Positions 44,310 through 55,100 of a stretch of DNA of 64,000 nucleotides are shown in pieces. Under the pieces are notes generated by a model. It made no database searches. It saw only the letters and a program-made list of their open reading frames with translations, and had not been told where the DNA came from. The stretch is from the NCBI GenBank assembly GCA_041687695.1, contig JAWLBL010000032.1:1-64000 (forward strand), written 5' to 3'. Both the position numbers and the translations under genes were made by a program. The stretch's first letter is position 1, and each line of letters opens with the position of its first letter. Origin of the DNA: Myxococcota bacterium. GTDB taxonomy: Bacteria > Myxococcota_A > UBA9042 > PHBI01 > JAWLBL01.

Positions 44310-46429
44310 TGCGGTTCGAGAACCCCTGGCTGCTCGCCGGCATGGCGGCCGCGGCCATCCCCGTCATCATCCACCTCATCAACCGTCGTCGCGCGCGCCT
44401 GCGCCCCTTCGCCGCGATGGAGTTCCTGCTCCTGAGCGACAAGCGCATCGCCCGCCGCCTCAAGCTGCGCCAGCTGCTCGTCCTGGCCCTGCGCGTCCTG
44501 CTCCTCGTCGCCATCCCCTTCGCCCTGGCCAAGCCCTACCTCGCCCCCGACGCCACCTCCCGCGTCGCCCTGTCCGCCCCCGGGTCCGTGGTCCTGGTCG
44601 TCGACGACTCGATGTCCATGTCGGCCCGCGGCGAGGACGGCCGCCCTCTGCTCGAGGCCGCCGTCGCCGAGGCTCGCCGCCTGGTCGCCTCGGGTGGCAG
44701 CCGCACCAGCTTCGCCGTCGTGGCCGCTGGCGCCCCCGCGCGCCTGCTCACCCCGGCCCTGACCTACGACCGCACCACCCTCGAGCGCGCCCTGACCCGC
44801 CTCACCCCCGGCCCCCGCGCCAGCGACCTGCCCGGCGCCCTGCGCGAGGCCGAGCGGCTCCTCGCCAGCAGCGCCGAGGCCCGCCGGCAGGTCGTCGTCC
44901 TGGGCGACCAGGCCCGCCACGCCTGGAGCGACGTCGCCGAGCCCTGGGCCCTGGCCCGCATCCCCGCCGCCGAGGTCATCGACGTCCGCGGTGGCCGCCC
45001 CATCGACAACCTGGCCATCACCCAGGTCGCCCTGCGCCCCGCGCTCGAGGCTGGCCCCGGCCAGGTCCAGGTCGAGGTCAGCGTCGCCAACCACGGCCTC
45101 GCCGCGGCCGAGACCCAGGTCACGGTCGACCTCGCCGGCCAGCAGGTCGTCGGCACCGCCCGCGTCCCGCCCGCCGCCACCGAGAAGGTCGCCTTCACCC
45201 TGCGCCTCGACCCGGGCAGCGCCGGCGACCGCGGCACCGCGCGCCTGTCCGGTGACGCGCTGCCCGACGACGACGTCTGGTACTTCGCCGCCGACTTCGG
45301 CGGGCAGGCCAACGTGCTGGTGGTCAACGGCTCACCCAGCAACGTCCCTTATCAGGACGAGCTCTTCTTCCTGCGGCCCGCCCTGCAGCCGGGCGACGAA
45401 CCCGCGCGCGGCATCGTGCCGACCTTCGTCGGGACCAGCGAGCTGACCCGCCGCCCGCTCGAGGCCTACGACGTCGTCGTCCTGGCCAACGTCGGCTCGC
45501 TGACCAGCACCCAGCGCGCGCTGCTCGAGGGCTTCGTCGAAGCCGGCGGCGGTCTGCTGGTGACCGGCGGCGACCAGCTGACCCCCGACTCCAGCGCCAC
45601 CTTCGGCGCCCTGCTGCCCTTCCCGGTGCGCGACATCAAGACCGTCGCGCGCCGCGACGACCCGGCCGCCGCCGTGCAGACCCTGGCCATCGCCAACGTC
45701 GACTTCGAGCACCCGGTCATGGCCGAGTTCGAGCACCTCGAGGACGCCAGCCTCTTCCGCAGCCGGATCTACAGCTACGCCCTGCTCGACACGCGCCACC
45801 GCGAGGGCGCGCGCGTCCTGGCCAGCTTCTCGGGCGGCATCCCGGCGCTGGTCGAAGCCCCACACGGCCGCGGCCGGGTCATGATGCTGACCACCACGGC
45901 CGATCGCGACTGGTCCGACCTGTGCATCCGCACCAGCTACCTGCCGCTCATGCAGCAGCTGGTCCGCTACCTGGGCGGCACCCTCGAGCGCGAAGGCCGT
46001 CTGGCCAACACCGTCGGCGACGTGGTCACCGTCGCCGTCCCCGAGGGCACCGGCCCGCTGGTGCTCGACCGCCCCGACGGCGCCGAGGTCCCGCTGGGCG
46101 AGCCCGAGGCGGCCGATGCCCGCGAGCTGCCCATCCCCGACGTCGACGTCGCCGGCCACTACACCGTCCGGCGCGCCGGCTCGGCCCACGGCGCCCGCAC
46201 CATCGCCGTCAACGGCCCGCGCACCGAGAGCGACCTGTCCCTGGCCGACCTGCCGCGCGTCCACGCCGCCCTCGAGCGCCCTGGCTCGGCGGTCGCCCCG
46301 CCGGAGGCCGAGGCCATCGCCGAGGCGACCCCCGCCGAGGACCCGAGCCGCACGCGCCTGTGGCCGGCCGTCCTGGTGGCCCTGTTCGGGCTGCTCGCCT
46401 CCGAGGCGTGGCTGGTGGTCCGCGGCTGA
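44309..46429 (+). CDS. BatA-domain / VWA / GATase-like membrane protein
   Basis: MRFENPWLL...IPVIIHL (BatA), DDSMSM MIDAS, YDVVVLAN, DWSDL, C-terminal TM. Confidence 0.9.
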   Translation: MRFENPWLLAGMAAAAIPVIIHLINRRRARLRPFAAMEFLLLSDKRIARRLKLRQLLVLALRVLLLVAIPFALAKPYLAPDATSRVALSAPGSVVLVVDDSMSMSARGEDGRPLLEAAVAEARRLVASGGSRTSFAVVAAGAPARLLTPALTYDRTTLERALTRLTPGPRASDLPGALREAERLLASSAEARRQVVVLGDQARHAWSDVAEPWALARIPAAEVIDVRGGRPIDNLAITQVALRPALEAGPGQVQVEVSVANHGLAAAETQVTVDLAGQQVVGTARVPPAATEKVAFTLRLDPGSAGDRGTARLSGDALPDDDVWYFAADFGGQANVLVVNGSPSNVPYQDELFFLRPALQPGDEPARGIVPTFVGTSELTRRPLEAYDVVVLANVGSLTSTQRALLEGFVEAGGGLLVTGGDQLTPDSSATFGALLPFPVRDIKTVARRDDPAAAVQTLAIANVDFEHPVMAEFEHLEDASLFRSRIYSYALLDTRHREGARVLASFSGGIPALVEAPHGRGRVMMLTTTADRDWSDLCIRTSYLPLMQQLVRYLGGTLEREGRLANTVGDVVTVAVPEGTGPLVLDRPDGAEVPLGEPEAADARELPIPDVDVAGHYTVRRAGSAHGARTIAVNGPRTESDLSLADLPRVHAALERPGSAVAPPEAEAIAEATPAEDPSRTRLWPAVLVALFGLLASEAWLVVRG

Positions 46430-46492
46430 CAGGCGGCTGAGCGGTCGGTCGGTAGCCGGACCGTCCCTCCGCCGGGTATAACCACTCGCGGT

Positions 46493-47068
46493 ATGCCAGC
46501 CCCCGAACAGGACCCGCTCGCCGCCATCGACGGCATCTTCGAGGTGCCGGGCCGCGCGGCGGCCGCCCCGCTCGCCCCCTCGGACGTGGCGGTGCCCTGC
46601 GCCGAGTGCGGGGCCGCCGGGCGCGCCGAGCTCCGCTTCTGCGAGGCCTGCGGCGCCGCCCTGCGTGACGCCGACCCCCTGCTCACCATGGAGATCTTGC
46701 CCGCCCTGCGCCGCGGTCGGCGTTGGATCCTGGCGCTGGCGCTGCTCCAGGCGGTGGTGGGCGGCCTGCTGCTGCTGCTCGGCGACCGCCTGCCCGTCGA
46801 GGCCCTGGACCCGGCCCTCGCCGCCTGCGTCGCCTTCGCGCTGGCCGTCACGAACCTCGGCCTGTGGCTCTGGGCTCGCCGAGCCCCGCTGGCCGCCGCC
46901 GTGACGGCCCTGCTGGTCTTCGTCGCGCCGATCTTCGTCGACGCCATCGCGCGGCCGGGCAGCCTGTTGGAGCCGGTCCCCCTGGCGCTTCGTGTCCTGT
47001 TCATCCTGGGCCTGCTCGACGCCGTGCGCGCCGGCATCGAGGTCCGTCGGCTCCGGCGGCGCCCTTGA
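46493..47068 (+). CDS. Zinc-ribbon membrane protein
   Basis: CAECG...FCEACG followed by 4 TM helices. Confidence 0.75.
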   Translation: MPAPEQDPLAAIDGIFEVPGRAAAAPLAPSDVAVPCAECGAAGRAELRFCEACGAALRDADPLLTMEILPALRRGRRWILALALLQAVVGGLLLLLGDRLPVEALDPALAACVAFALAVTNLGLWLWARRAPLAAAVTALLVFVAPIFVDAIARPGSLLEPVPLALRVLFILGLLDAVRAGIEVRRLRRRP

Positions 47069-47847
47069 CCCATGGGTCGCCCCACGCCTGTCTCCGGTGC
47101 GGCCACGCCCTCGGCGCCCGGGCGAACTTCTGCGGCGCGTGCGGCGCCGACCGCGACGGCGCCCCCCCGACCAGCCGCCGCTCCGACTCCTTCATGGCCG
47201 CCGTGCTGCGCGAGGCGGACGCCGGCGGCTCCGTCCAGCAGGCGGTCGCGGGCCTGCTCGTCGCGGTCGGCGCCTTCGTGGCGCTCCTGTTCATCCTGGG
47301 GGTCGCCAACCTGAACGCCGACGGCGGCCTCGCCGCCATGCGCCTGGGCGACGCGGCCATCCTGGGCGTCGGCCTCGTGGGCGCGGCGCTCCGGTGGCGC
47401 CAGGTGCGTCCGACGCTCAGCCTGCCGCGGATCACCGGCGGCGGCCTCGCGCTCGCCTCGGGGGGGCTGGCGCTGGTGTGGCTGACCTCGCAGCTGCTGA
47501 CCCGGATCGCCCCGACCACCGACGGCGCCCTGGTCGGCCTCTACCACGCCGAGGAGCTCCCCCTGTGGGTGGCGCTGGTCGACCTGGCGGTGCTGCCGGC
47601 CGTCACCGAGGAGCTGGTCTTCCGCGGGGTCATCCTGGGCGGCCTGCTGCAGGTCTTCCGGCCTCAGGCCGCCATCGTGACGACCGCGGTGCTCTTCGGG
47701 GCGGTGCACCTGTCGCCGCTGTCGATGGTGCACCTGACCATGATGGGCCTGGTGCTCGGCGCGGTCCGCGTCGGCTCGGGCAGCCTCTACCCGTGCATCC
47801 TGCTGCACGCCCTGTACAACGCGGTCATCGTCCTCGGCGTCTGGTAG
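47065..47847 (+). CDS. CPBP (CAAX/Abi) intramembrane metalloprotease with N-terminal zinc ribbon
   Basis: TTG at 47065; CLRCG..FCGACG; EELVFRG, FGAVH, HALYN. Confidence 0.88.
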   Translation: MTHGSPHACLRCGHALGARANFCGACGADRDGAPPTSRRSDSFMAAVLREADAGGSVQQAVAGLLVAVGAFVALLFILGVANLNADGGLAAMRLGDAAILGVGLVGAALRWRQVRPTLSLPRITGGGLALASGGLALVWLTSQLLTRIAPTTDGALVGLYHAEELPLWVALVDLAVLPAVTEELVFRGVILGGLLQVFRPQAAIVTTAVLFGAVHLSPLSMVHLTMMGLVLGAVRVGSGSLYPCILLHALYNAVIVLGVW

Positions 47848-47853
47848 CGCGCC

Positions 47854-48957
47854 TCAGGCCTGGCCGAGCCGCTGCAGCAACAGCCGCGCCTCGGCGGCCA
47901 GCGGGATCTCGCCCGCCCAGGGGCGCCCCGCGTGATCGGCCGCCGCCCCCCGCAGCCGCGCGACCCGCGCCCGGGCCCGCACCACCGCCTGCCGCGCCTC
48001 GGCCGAGCGCTCGACCGCACGCACCAGCGCCTCGCGCACCGCCTCGGCGCGCTCGAGATCCCGGCACGGCAACAGCACGTCCACGGTCGCGGCCAAGGCC
48101 CCCTCGGCCATCTCCTCGGGCGAGAAGCGCTCGGCCACCGCCGCCATGTCCAGGTCGTCCGAGAACACGACGCCGTCGTAGGCCAGCTCGCCCCGCAGCA
48201 GCCGCGGCAGGATGTGCGGCGACAGCGTGGCCGGCCGCGTCGGGTCCAGCGCCGGGAACAGGACGTGCGCGCTCATCAGCGAGGGGATCCCGGCCCGCGC
48301 CGCGGCCTCGAAGGGGACGAGCTCGACCGCGCGCAGGCGCGCGAGGTCGTGGGGCAGGCTCGGCGCCGCCACGTGGCTGTCCTCGGAGGTGTCGCCGTGG
48401 CCCGGGAAGTGCTTGCCGCAGGCCAGGACCTGCGCGTCGGCCAGCCCTGCGGCCAGGGCCAGCCCGTGGCGCGCCACCTCGTCGGGCGTCGTCGCGAACG
48501 CGCGCGCGCCGATGATGGGGTTGGCGGGGTTCGAGTCGACGTCGAGCACCGGGGCGAAGTCCAGGTTGAACCCCAAGGCCGCGATCTGGGCGCCCATGAT
48601 GCGCCCGACGGCTCGCGTCAGCGCGGGATCGGCGGCGCGCCCCACGGCCCGCATGGCCGGCATGCGGGCCACGTCCGGGCAGGTGGGCGCCCGCAGGCGC
48701 TGCACCGGCCCACCCTCTTGATCGACGGTGATCAGCGGGGTCGGCGCCTCGCGCGGCCACAGCGCGCGCAGCTGCCGCGTCAGGGCCGCCGCCTGGGCCG
48801 TGTCGACCACGTTGCGCCCGAACAGGATGACCCCGGCCGGCCGCCCCGCCGCGAAGAAGCGGCGCAGCGTGTCCGAGGGCTCGGTCCCATCGAACCCGAC
48901 GACGAACAGCTCGGAGACCTCGGCGGTGGTGGGGGTCATGGGCTCGACCTTAGCCAC
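47854..48957 (-). CDS. nagZ: Beta-N-acetylhexosaminidase (GH3)
   Basis: GVILFGRN, DQEGGPVQR, APVLD, KHFPGHG--EDSH, SDDLDM. Confidence 0.95.
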   Translation of the reverse strand: MAKVEPMTPTTAEVSELFVVGFDGTEPSDTLRRFFAAGRPAGVILFGRNVVDTAQAAALTRQLRALWPREAPTPLITVDQEGGPVQRLRAPTCPDVARMPAMRAVGRAADPALTRAVGRIMGAQIAALGFNLDFAPVLDVDSNPANPIIGARAFATTPDEVARHGLALAAGLADAQVLACGKHFPGHGDTSEDSHVAAPSLPHDLARLRAVELVPFEAAARAGIPSLMSAHVLFPALDPTRPATLSPHILPRLLRGELAYDGVVFSDDLDMAAVAERFSPEEMAEGALAATVDVLLPCRDLERAEAVREALVRAVERSAEARQAVVRARARVARLRGAAADHAGRPWAGEIPLAAEARLLLQRLGQA

Positions 48958-48975
48958 GCCGCCGCGGCCGTCACC

Positions 48976-50847
48976 TCAGGGGGTGCCACCGAGGCGGATG
49001 ATGGCGTCGCGGATGGCCTCGGCGTCCGGGGCGCTGGGCATCAGCGACGTGTACTTCTTGTAGGCCGTGACCGCGCCCTTGGTGTCGCCCTGCACCTGCT
49101 TCAGCTGCCCGATGAGCTTCCAGGCGGGGGCGTAACCCTTGCTGGCGGCCTGCTGATAGAGCTGCAGCGCCTGCGAGGGGTTGCTGTTGTGGACGGAGCG
49201 GCCCTCGCGGTACAGGTCCTTGGCGGACTTGCCCGAGTCGGCGGCGGGCTTGTCCTCGACCGGCGGCTTGGGCTTGTCGGGCGGCTTGGGCTTGTCGTCT
49301 TTTTTGACCACCGGCTCCTTGCCCTCGACATCCGCGGCCTGCTGACCGCGCCGTGCCTGAGCCTTGAGCGACTTGGCCGCCTGGTGCTCGGGGTCGATGG
49401 CCAGCGCCTTGTCGGCGTAGTCGATGGCGCGGGTCCAGCCCTTCGAGCGCAGCTCGGAGGTGCCCTTGGCCACGAGGTCGTTCAGGTAGTTCAGCCGGAC
49501 GGCCTTCTTGAGCTCCGCCAGCCGGTTGTAGTACTTGCTGTCCTCGCTGACGTCGGACGCCTCCTGGTACAGCCCCCAGGCCGTCTCGAAGTCGCCCTCT
49601 TTGGCCGCCGCGTCGATCTTGGCCAGCAGATCCTGGTTGGCCTTCTCGCTGGCCACCTTGGCCACGCCGCCCTTGGCGTCCGGATGGTCCGGGAACTTCC
49701 CGGCCAGCTCCGTGTAGGCGGCCGTCGCCTCGTCCCAGCGCTCGTTCTTGAGGTGCTCGCGCGCCAGCTGCGCCAGCGGGGCGGGGTCGTCGGCGGTGGC
49801 CGGCTTGGGATCGACCAGGGCCTCGCGCGGCGCCTCGTCGGGCTGCTTGGCCTCGACCTTGGGGTCCTCGGCGCCCGCCTGGGCGCTCGCCTGCCCCCCG
49901 TTGTCGTTGGAGGGCTCGACGGTCTCGTTGCCGGCCTGCTTGCCGCCGCCGAGCACGACGTTGTCGTTCTGCGAGTACCACCAGAAGCCGCCGACGCCGC
50001 CGGCCGCGAGCAGCAGCACCACGAAGATCACCAGCGGCGCCTTGCTCTTCTTCTTTTCGCCCGGCTCGAGCGACGGGTCGGTGTCCTCGGGCGTGTAGAC
50101 GAAGGTCTCGCCCGCGTCGACGTAGCGCAGCCGGACGTGACCGAGCTCGATGATGTCGCCGCGGCGCAGCACCGACTGGTTGTAGTACTCGTCGTTGACC
50201 TTGAGCCCGTTGGCGCTCTCGAGGTCGTACAGGACGTACCGGCCGCCCTCGCTCACGATCTTGGCGTGGTTGCGGCTGATGGACCGGTGGTCGACCACGA
50301 CGTCGTTGTCGCTGGTGCGGCCGATGGTCAGGGAGTCGCCGACCAGCGGGTACTGCGTGCCCGCGAGGTTGGTCGAGATCGCGACCAGCGACGGGTGCTC
50401 GGAGCCGAGGCGCTTTTTCGTGCGCGCGGCCTCGCGCGCCTGCAGCTCGGCCACGTTGACGATCGACGTCTCGCCGCCGCCGCCCTTGGGCCGGGCCGAC
50501 TTCTTGGCCGGCTTGGCCTTGGCCTCGGCGGTCGCGGGGGCGGCCTTGGCCGAAGCGTCCCCGGCCGCCAGGACCTCGATCTCGTAGTCGCCGATCTGGA
50601 CGATGTCGCCGCCGGCGAGGGGCCGCACCTCGGTCATGCGCTGGCCGTTCACGCGCGTGCCGTAGCGGCTCATGTCCTCGAGGAAGACCTTCTCGCCGTT
50701 GGTCAGGAACCTGGCGTGGGAGCGCGACACGTTCCGCTCGGTCAGGCGGATCGTGTTGCCCTCCTTGCGACCGATGGTCAGCTCGTCGCGCGTGAGGGGG
50801 ACGACCGTCGTCTTCCCCTCGTCATCTCGGATTTGCAGCTTGTACAT
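48976..50847 (-). CDS. Tandem-FHA membrane protein with periplasmic TPRs
   Basis: ATG at 50847; two FHA domains (IGR..VSRSHA..GTRVNG; IGR..ISRNHA..NGLKVN), TM, TPR/Sel1-like helices. Confidence 0.9.
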   Translation of the reverse strand: MYKLQIRDDEGKTTVVPLTRDELTIGRKEGNTIRLTERNVSRSHARFLTNGEKVFLEDMSRYGTRVNGQRMTEVRPLAGGDIVQIGDYEIEVLAAGDASAKAAPATAEAKAKPAKKSARPKGGGGETSIVNVAELQAREAARTKKRLGSEHPSLVAISTNLAGTQYPLVGDSLTIGRTSDNDVVVDHRSISRNHAKIVSEGGRYVLYDLESANGLKVNDEYYNQSVLRRGDIIELGHVRLRYVDAGETFVYTPEDTDPSLEPGEKKKSKAPLVIFVVLLLAAGGVGGFWWYSQNDNVVLGGGKQAGNETVEPSNDNGGQASAQAGAEDPKVEAKQPDEAPREALVDPKPATADDPAPLAQLAREHLKNERWDEATAAYTELAGKFPDHPDAKGGVAKVASEKANQDLLAKIDAAAKEGDFETAWGLYQEASDVSEDSKYYNRLAELKKAVRLNYLNDLVAKGTSELRSKGWTRAIDYADKALAIDPEHQAAKSLKAQARRGQQAADVEGKEPVVKKDDKPKPPDKPKPPVEDKPAADSGKSAKDLYREGRSVHNSNPSQALQLYQQAASKGYAPAWKLIGQLKQVQGDTKGAVTAYKKYTSLMPSAPDAEAIRDAIIRLGGTP

Positions 50848-51411
50848 GGTGTTCCCGACGACTCGAAGCTGAAGCCGACCGACCCACGAGATTCGCGCGT
50901 CCAGCGAGACATGACGGCGCAACCTCACGACTCGTTAGCAGATTGCCGGCTCGATGACAAGGCGACGGGGAGCGCTCCGGACGTGGTCGTCGCTCCCCGT
51001 CCGAGGCCCGCCGACGTGGCCTGCTCGGCGCCGGACCGCCACGAAACGTGACAACGCGGCACGGAGGGCCCCTCGGCCCGACGCGGGCGCGACAGATTGG
51101 CAAACGGCGCCCGAGCGCCCCGACTTTTCGGCAACTTGCTCGGCAGGGTGGCGACTCGGCGCGCTCGCACAGCCCCGGCGACGCCGCGGAGTCGCCGCGC
51201 AGATCGGTACGCGGGCTGGTGCGTCCCACGGCCCATGAACGCGCGCCCTGCACGTCCCGCGAGCCGCTCCGGGAACCTGTCCCACGCCGTGTCGTCCGTG
51301 ACACACGTGGGTCGTCCCATGACGCGGCCCGGCTGCGTCCGCTGCGGCGCCGACGGGGACGCGGGGCGCAGCCCCTGTGAGATCGGAGCGCGCGCGCGCG
51401 ACGAGGACGTC

Positions 51412-51427
51412 TGGCACGGAAATTGAA
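51412..51427 (+). promoter_or_regulatory. Sigma54-type (-24/-12) promoter candidate
   Basis: TGGCACG-GAAA-TTGAA versus consensus TGGCACG-N4-TTGCW, ~55 bp upstream of the ECF gene. Confidence 0.55.
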
Positions 51428-51480
51428 TTTCCTGGCAGCGAGGAAGCATCCAAGGCACCGCCCCAACGCGGAGAGGAACC

Positions 51481-52068
51481 ATGGCCGGAACCACGACTGA
51501 GAACACGACGCGCAAGGCCTTCGAGCGTGAAGCCCTCGTGCACCTCGACGACCTCTACGGGGCGGCCCTCCGCATGACGCGCAACGCCGCCGAGGCCGAG
51601 GACCTCGTTCAGGAGGCGCTGTTGCGCGGCTGGAAGAGCTGGGACCGCTTCCGCGAGGGCACCAACTGCCGCGCCTGGATCTTCCGCATCCTGGTCAACA
51701 CCTTCATCAACGGCTACCGCCGACGCCGCACCGAGCGCGACTTCCTCGACCAGAAGAGCGACAACACGCTGGCCGACGGCGAGTGGCTGCGGCAGTCCAA
51801 CCGGACCTGGTCGGACCCCGAGGTCAGCTACGAGGCGACCCACCTGTCGCCCACGGTCGAGCAGGCGCTCGAGAGCCTGCGCCCCGAGTTCCGCGTCGTC
51901 GTGGTCCTCTCGGATCTGCAGGACTTCTCGTACAAGGAGATCGCCGAGATCGTCGGCTGCCCCATCGGCACCGTGATGTCGCGCCTGTTCCGCGCCCGCC
52001 GCGCGCTACGCGAGATGCTGACCGAGCACGCCCGGGCCCAGGGGCTGCACCTGCGCGCCGTCGGCTGA
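51481..52068 (+). CDS. ECF sigma-70 factor (SigR/SigH-like), orphan
   Basis: [58 protein letters not shown]. Confidence 0.95.
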   Translation: MAGTTTENTTRKAFEREALVHLDDLYGAALRMTRNAAEAEDLVQEALLRGWKSWDRFREGTNCRAWIFRILVNTFINGYRRRRTERDFLDQKSDNTLADGEWLRQSNRTWSDPEVSYEATHLSPTVEQALESLRPEFRVVVVLSDLQDFSYKEIAEIVGCPIGTVMSRLFRARRALREMLTEHARAQGLHLRAVG

Positions 52069-52100
52069 CCCCCGCGCTCGTCGACGCCGGCCTCTGAACG

Positions 52101-52142
52101 ACGAAGGGGCGGGATCCAAAGCGGGTCCCGCCCCTTTCGCGT
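52101..52142. terminator. Intrinsic terminator hairpin between convergent genes
   Basis: AAGGGGCGGGA-TCCAAAGCGGG-TCCCGCCCCTT followed by TCG. Confidence 0.75.
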
Positions 52143-52188
52143 CCGTGGAGGCCCTGCGTAGCTCGCTACGCCGAGCGCGACATCTGGA

Positions 52189-55100
52189 TCACGCCCGCGC
52201 TCGGCGTCTCCGAGCCAGCGCCAGCAGCGAAAGCGCCGCCAGCCAGGCCACCGGCGTCGCGTCGCCGCCCTCGCAGCCGCCGCCCTTGGGCTTGGGCTTG
52301 GGCTCGGGCGCCGTGTCCCCGCCGACCGTCTCGGCGGGGCCGGTGGTGTCGTCGCCCACATCGTCGGTCGGGCCGGCGTCCGGCTGGCCGCCCGCGTCGG
52401 GCTCGGGGTCGGGCTGGGGCTTGGTCCCGCCGCCGGTCCACGTCTTGTAGGGCGTCGGGCTGGTCTCGTAGTTGTTGGTGTTGTGCGGGTCGTGCCCGAA
52501 CCCGTTCCACTCGAAGATGCTGCCGGTCTCGCCCTCGGTGTTCCACGCGAAGAGCCAGCCGTCGCGCGTGGTCACGGCCGCCTCGAACTTGCCGTCGCCG
52601 TCGAGCTCGCCGACCGCCACCGAGGCGATGATCCAGCCGCCGGTCTGCTTGGGCCAGCCCTCCGGCTCGGTGCCCTCGTAGTTCCAGGCGCGGACCAGGT
52701 AGCCACCCGAGCCGACGATCACCTCGGGGTCGCGGTCGTTGTCGATGTCGACGATGGTCGGCGTGTTGAAGAACTGCCAGTCGTCGTGCTTGCGCGGGAA
52801 GCCCACCATCATCTTGCCGGTGTCGGTGTCCCAGCCCGACAGGTGGTGGTCGAACTCGCCGCGCTCGCCGCCGCCCGCGAAGGCCAGCGCGAAGTTGAAG
52901 CCGGCCGTGCCCTTGACGAAGTCCAGGCCGCCGTCCGGGTCGATGTAGCCGATGGCGCCGTTGTTCATCAGGATGTAGGCCGGCGAGTCGGTCGAGTCGC
53001 TCTTGGCGCCGTAGTTGGCGTTGTCCATCTTCTTCCAGATCGACCCGTCGTGGTTGAAGAACCAGCCCTGGGTCGAGATGGTGTCGAAGCTGATCTCGAG
53101 GTCGCCGTCGTAGTCGAGGTCGGCCATGATCGGGCTCGAGACGACGCCGCGGCCGACGATGGGCAGCACGTTGACCATCAGGCCGTAGATGGGCTGCGGC
53201 CAGCCGGGCAGGATCTGGCCGGTCTTGCCGTCGAGCAGGTAGACGCGGGCCTCGTTCTGGGCGTCCGAGGCGCCGAAGGCCTCGCTGGTGCCGACGGCGA
53301 TCTCGACGTCGCCGTCGCCGTCCACGTCGCCCACGGCCGGCGTGCAGACGATGCGATCGCCCAGCTCGGCCGCCGGCTTGGAGCCGACGCGGACGGGGTA
53401 GGGGGCCATCGGCTCGCCGTTGGCGTGCCAGACGTACAGGTGCTGGTCCATGGCGGCGACCAGGATCTCGAGGCCGGGCTGTCCGTCGAGATCGACCAGC
53501 ACCGGCGCGGCCATGAAGCCGCTGTCGGTCACGAAGTTCTTGCCCTTGTTGGTGTTCAGGCTCCAGTCGATCGCCTGGGGCCAGCCCTCCTTCAGCACGC
53601 CGTCGTTGCCGTAGACGTAGACCCATCCGTCTATGGTCGCGCTGACGATCTCGAGGGTGCCGTCGCCGTCGAGGTCGCCCACCGCCGGGCCGAACATCAG
53701 CGTCTGGCCCACCTCGACGTCGACCGTGCCGACCTGGGCGATGCACCCGGTCTTGTCGGTGCGGAAGGCGCACGAGTTGCGGACGTTGGTCGCGTTGGAC
53801 GGGCTGACCGAGCGGCGGACGTCGACCTTGACCGGGAAGCCCGGCGCCTCGGAGCCGTCGGCGTTGAAGGCGTGGATGGTGCCGTCGGCCAGGGCGACGA
53901 CCAGCTCCTCGTCGTCGTCGCCGTCCAGGTTGGCGAAGACGGGTGACGCCTCGCCCGAGCCGCCGAGGTCGATGGGGAAGCCCGGGAGCAGCGTGGGGTC
54001 GCGCTCGAGCAGGAAGCCCTTGCGGTGCTCGGCGGTGACCGCGGTGCCGTCGGCGAGCTTGCCCGTCGCGCGCAGCCGCAGCGTCACCGCGTTCTGGTGC
54101 GGGTCTTCGAGCTTGCGGTCGAGGTCGAGGGCGATCTCGGTCAGGTCCCAGCTGGCCAGCGTGCCCTCGACGCCCTCGGTCGTGCCCTTGGCGATCTCGA
54201 CGAAGCCGTCGTTGGGCGCGACGCCCAGGGCGTACTCGAGCACCCAGGTGACCTCGTCGTAGCGGGCCGGCTTGCCGTCACGGCGCACGTTGATGCGCCC
54301 GGTGACGTCCACGGTGGGGGTCTTGTCCGGGTAGAGGACCTCGAACCACGACGGCGTCAGGATGTCGACCTCGGGCGGGATGCGCCCCTCCATCACCGCG
54401 TCGACCGTCATGCGGGCGTTGTTGCGGCCGTAGCCGAAGTGCCAGTCCCAGCCGGGCCCCGAGGGGAACTTGGTCGGGTCGTCGTCGAGCGGGTTCACGT
54501 CGATGTCGTCGACGTTCATGATGAGGATCTGCTTGAGCTCCTCGGCCGACAGCGGCGGGTCCAGGTTCGCCTTCAGGCCGGCGGCGTAGACGAGGCCGGC
54601 GTGGCCCGAGGTGATGCCGGTCGCCTCGGACGAGCAGCCGAGGCCCGGGGTCGACAGCAGCAGCTGCATGCCGAAGTTGGTGCAGTTGTTGAAGTTCAGG
54701 AAGGTCGTCGACTGGTCGGCGCTGGCCTTGTCGTACTGGATGGCGTGCACGTAGACCGTGTGGTTGTTCGTGCCCGGGAAGTTGTGGTGGTAGCTCAGCT
54801 CGTCGGCCGCCGACGCGATGACGACGACGTTGTTGTCGTAGGCGTAGTCGATGGCCTGCTTCGAGAACGGCGTGTTGTTGACCGAGCCGAGCGCCTCCTG
54901 GATGACGCTGGCGCCCGAGTCGACGCCGAAGATGACGCCGTGGCCGAAGTCGTTGGCGTCGGCGACGAAGCTGTCACCGACGCGGACCATGAGCGCCGTG
55001 CAGTCGGGGCACACGCCGATGTCGCCGGCGCCGTTGTTGCCCTCGGCGACCGAGTCGCGGGCCTCGCCGTTGCCGTGGCCGAAGCGGTTGTCGTCGTAGG

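Noticed and set aside
47065..47847. CPBP/Abi protein as a phage-defence gene
   Set aside because: The Abi label of this family does not imply abortive infection, and there is no defence-island context.
2296..51051. Very long track ORFs such as 2296..6129 +, 10121..13852 -, 19083..23585 +, 37270..40512 -, 47932..51051 +
   Set aside because: Antisense or off-frame shadows of real genes in very GC-rich DNA, with low-complexity G/R/P/A translations and no motifs (only the last 117 aa of 19083..23585 are kept as a gene).
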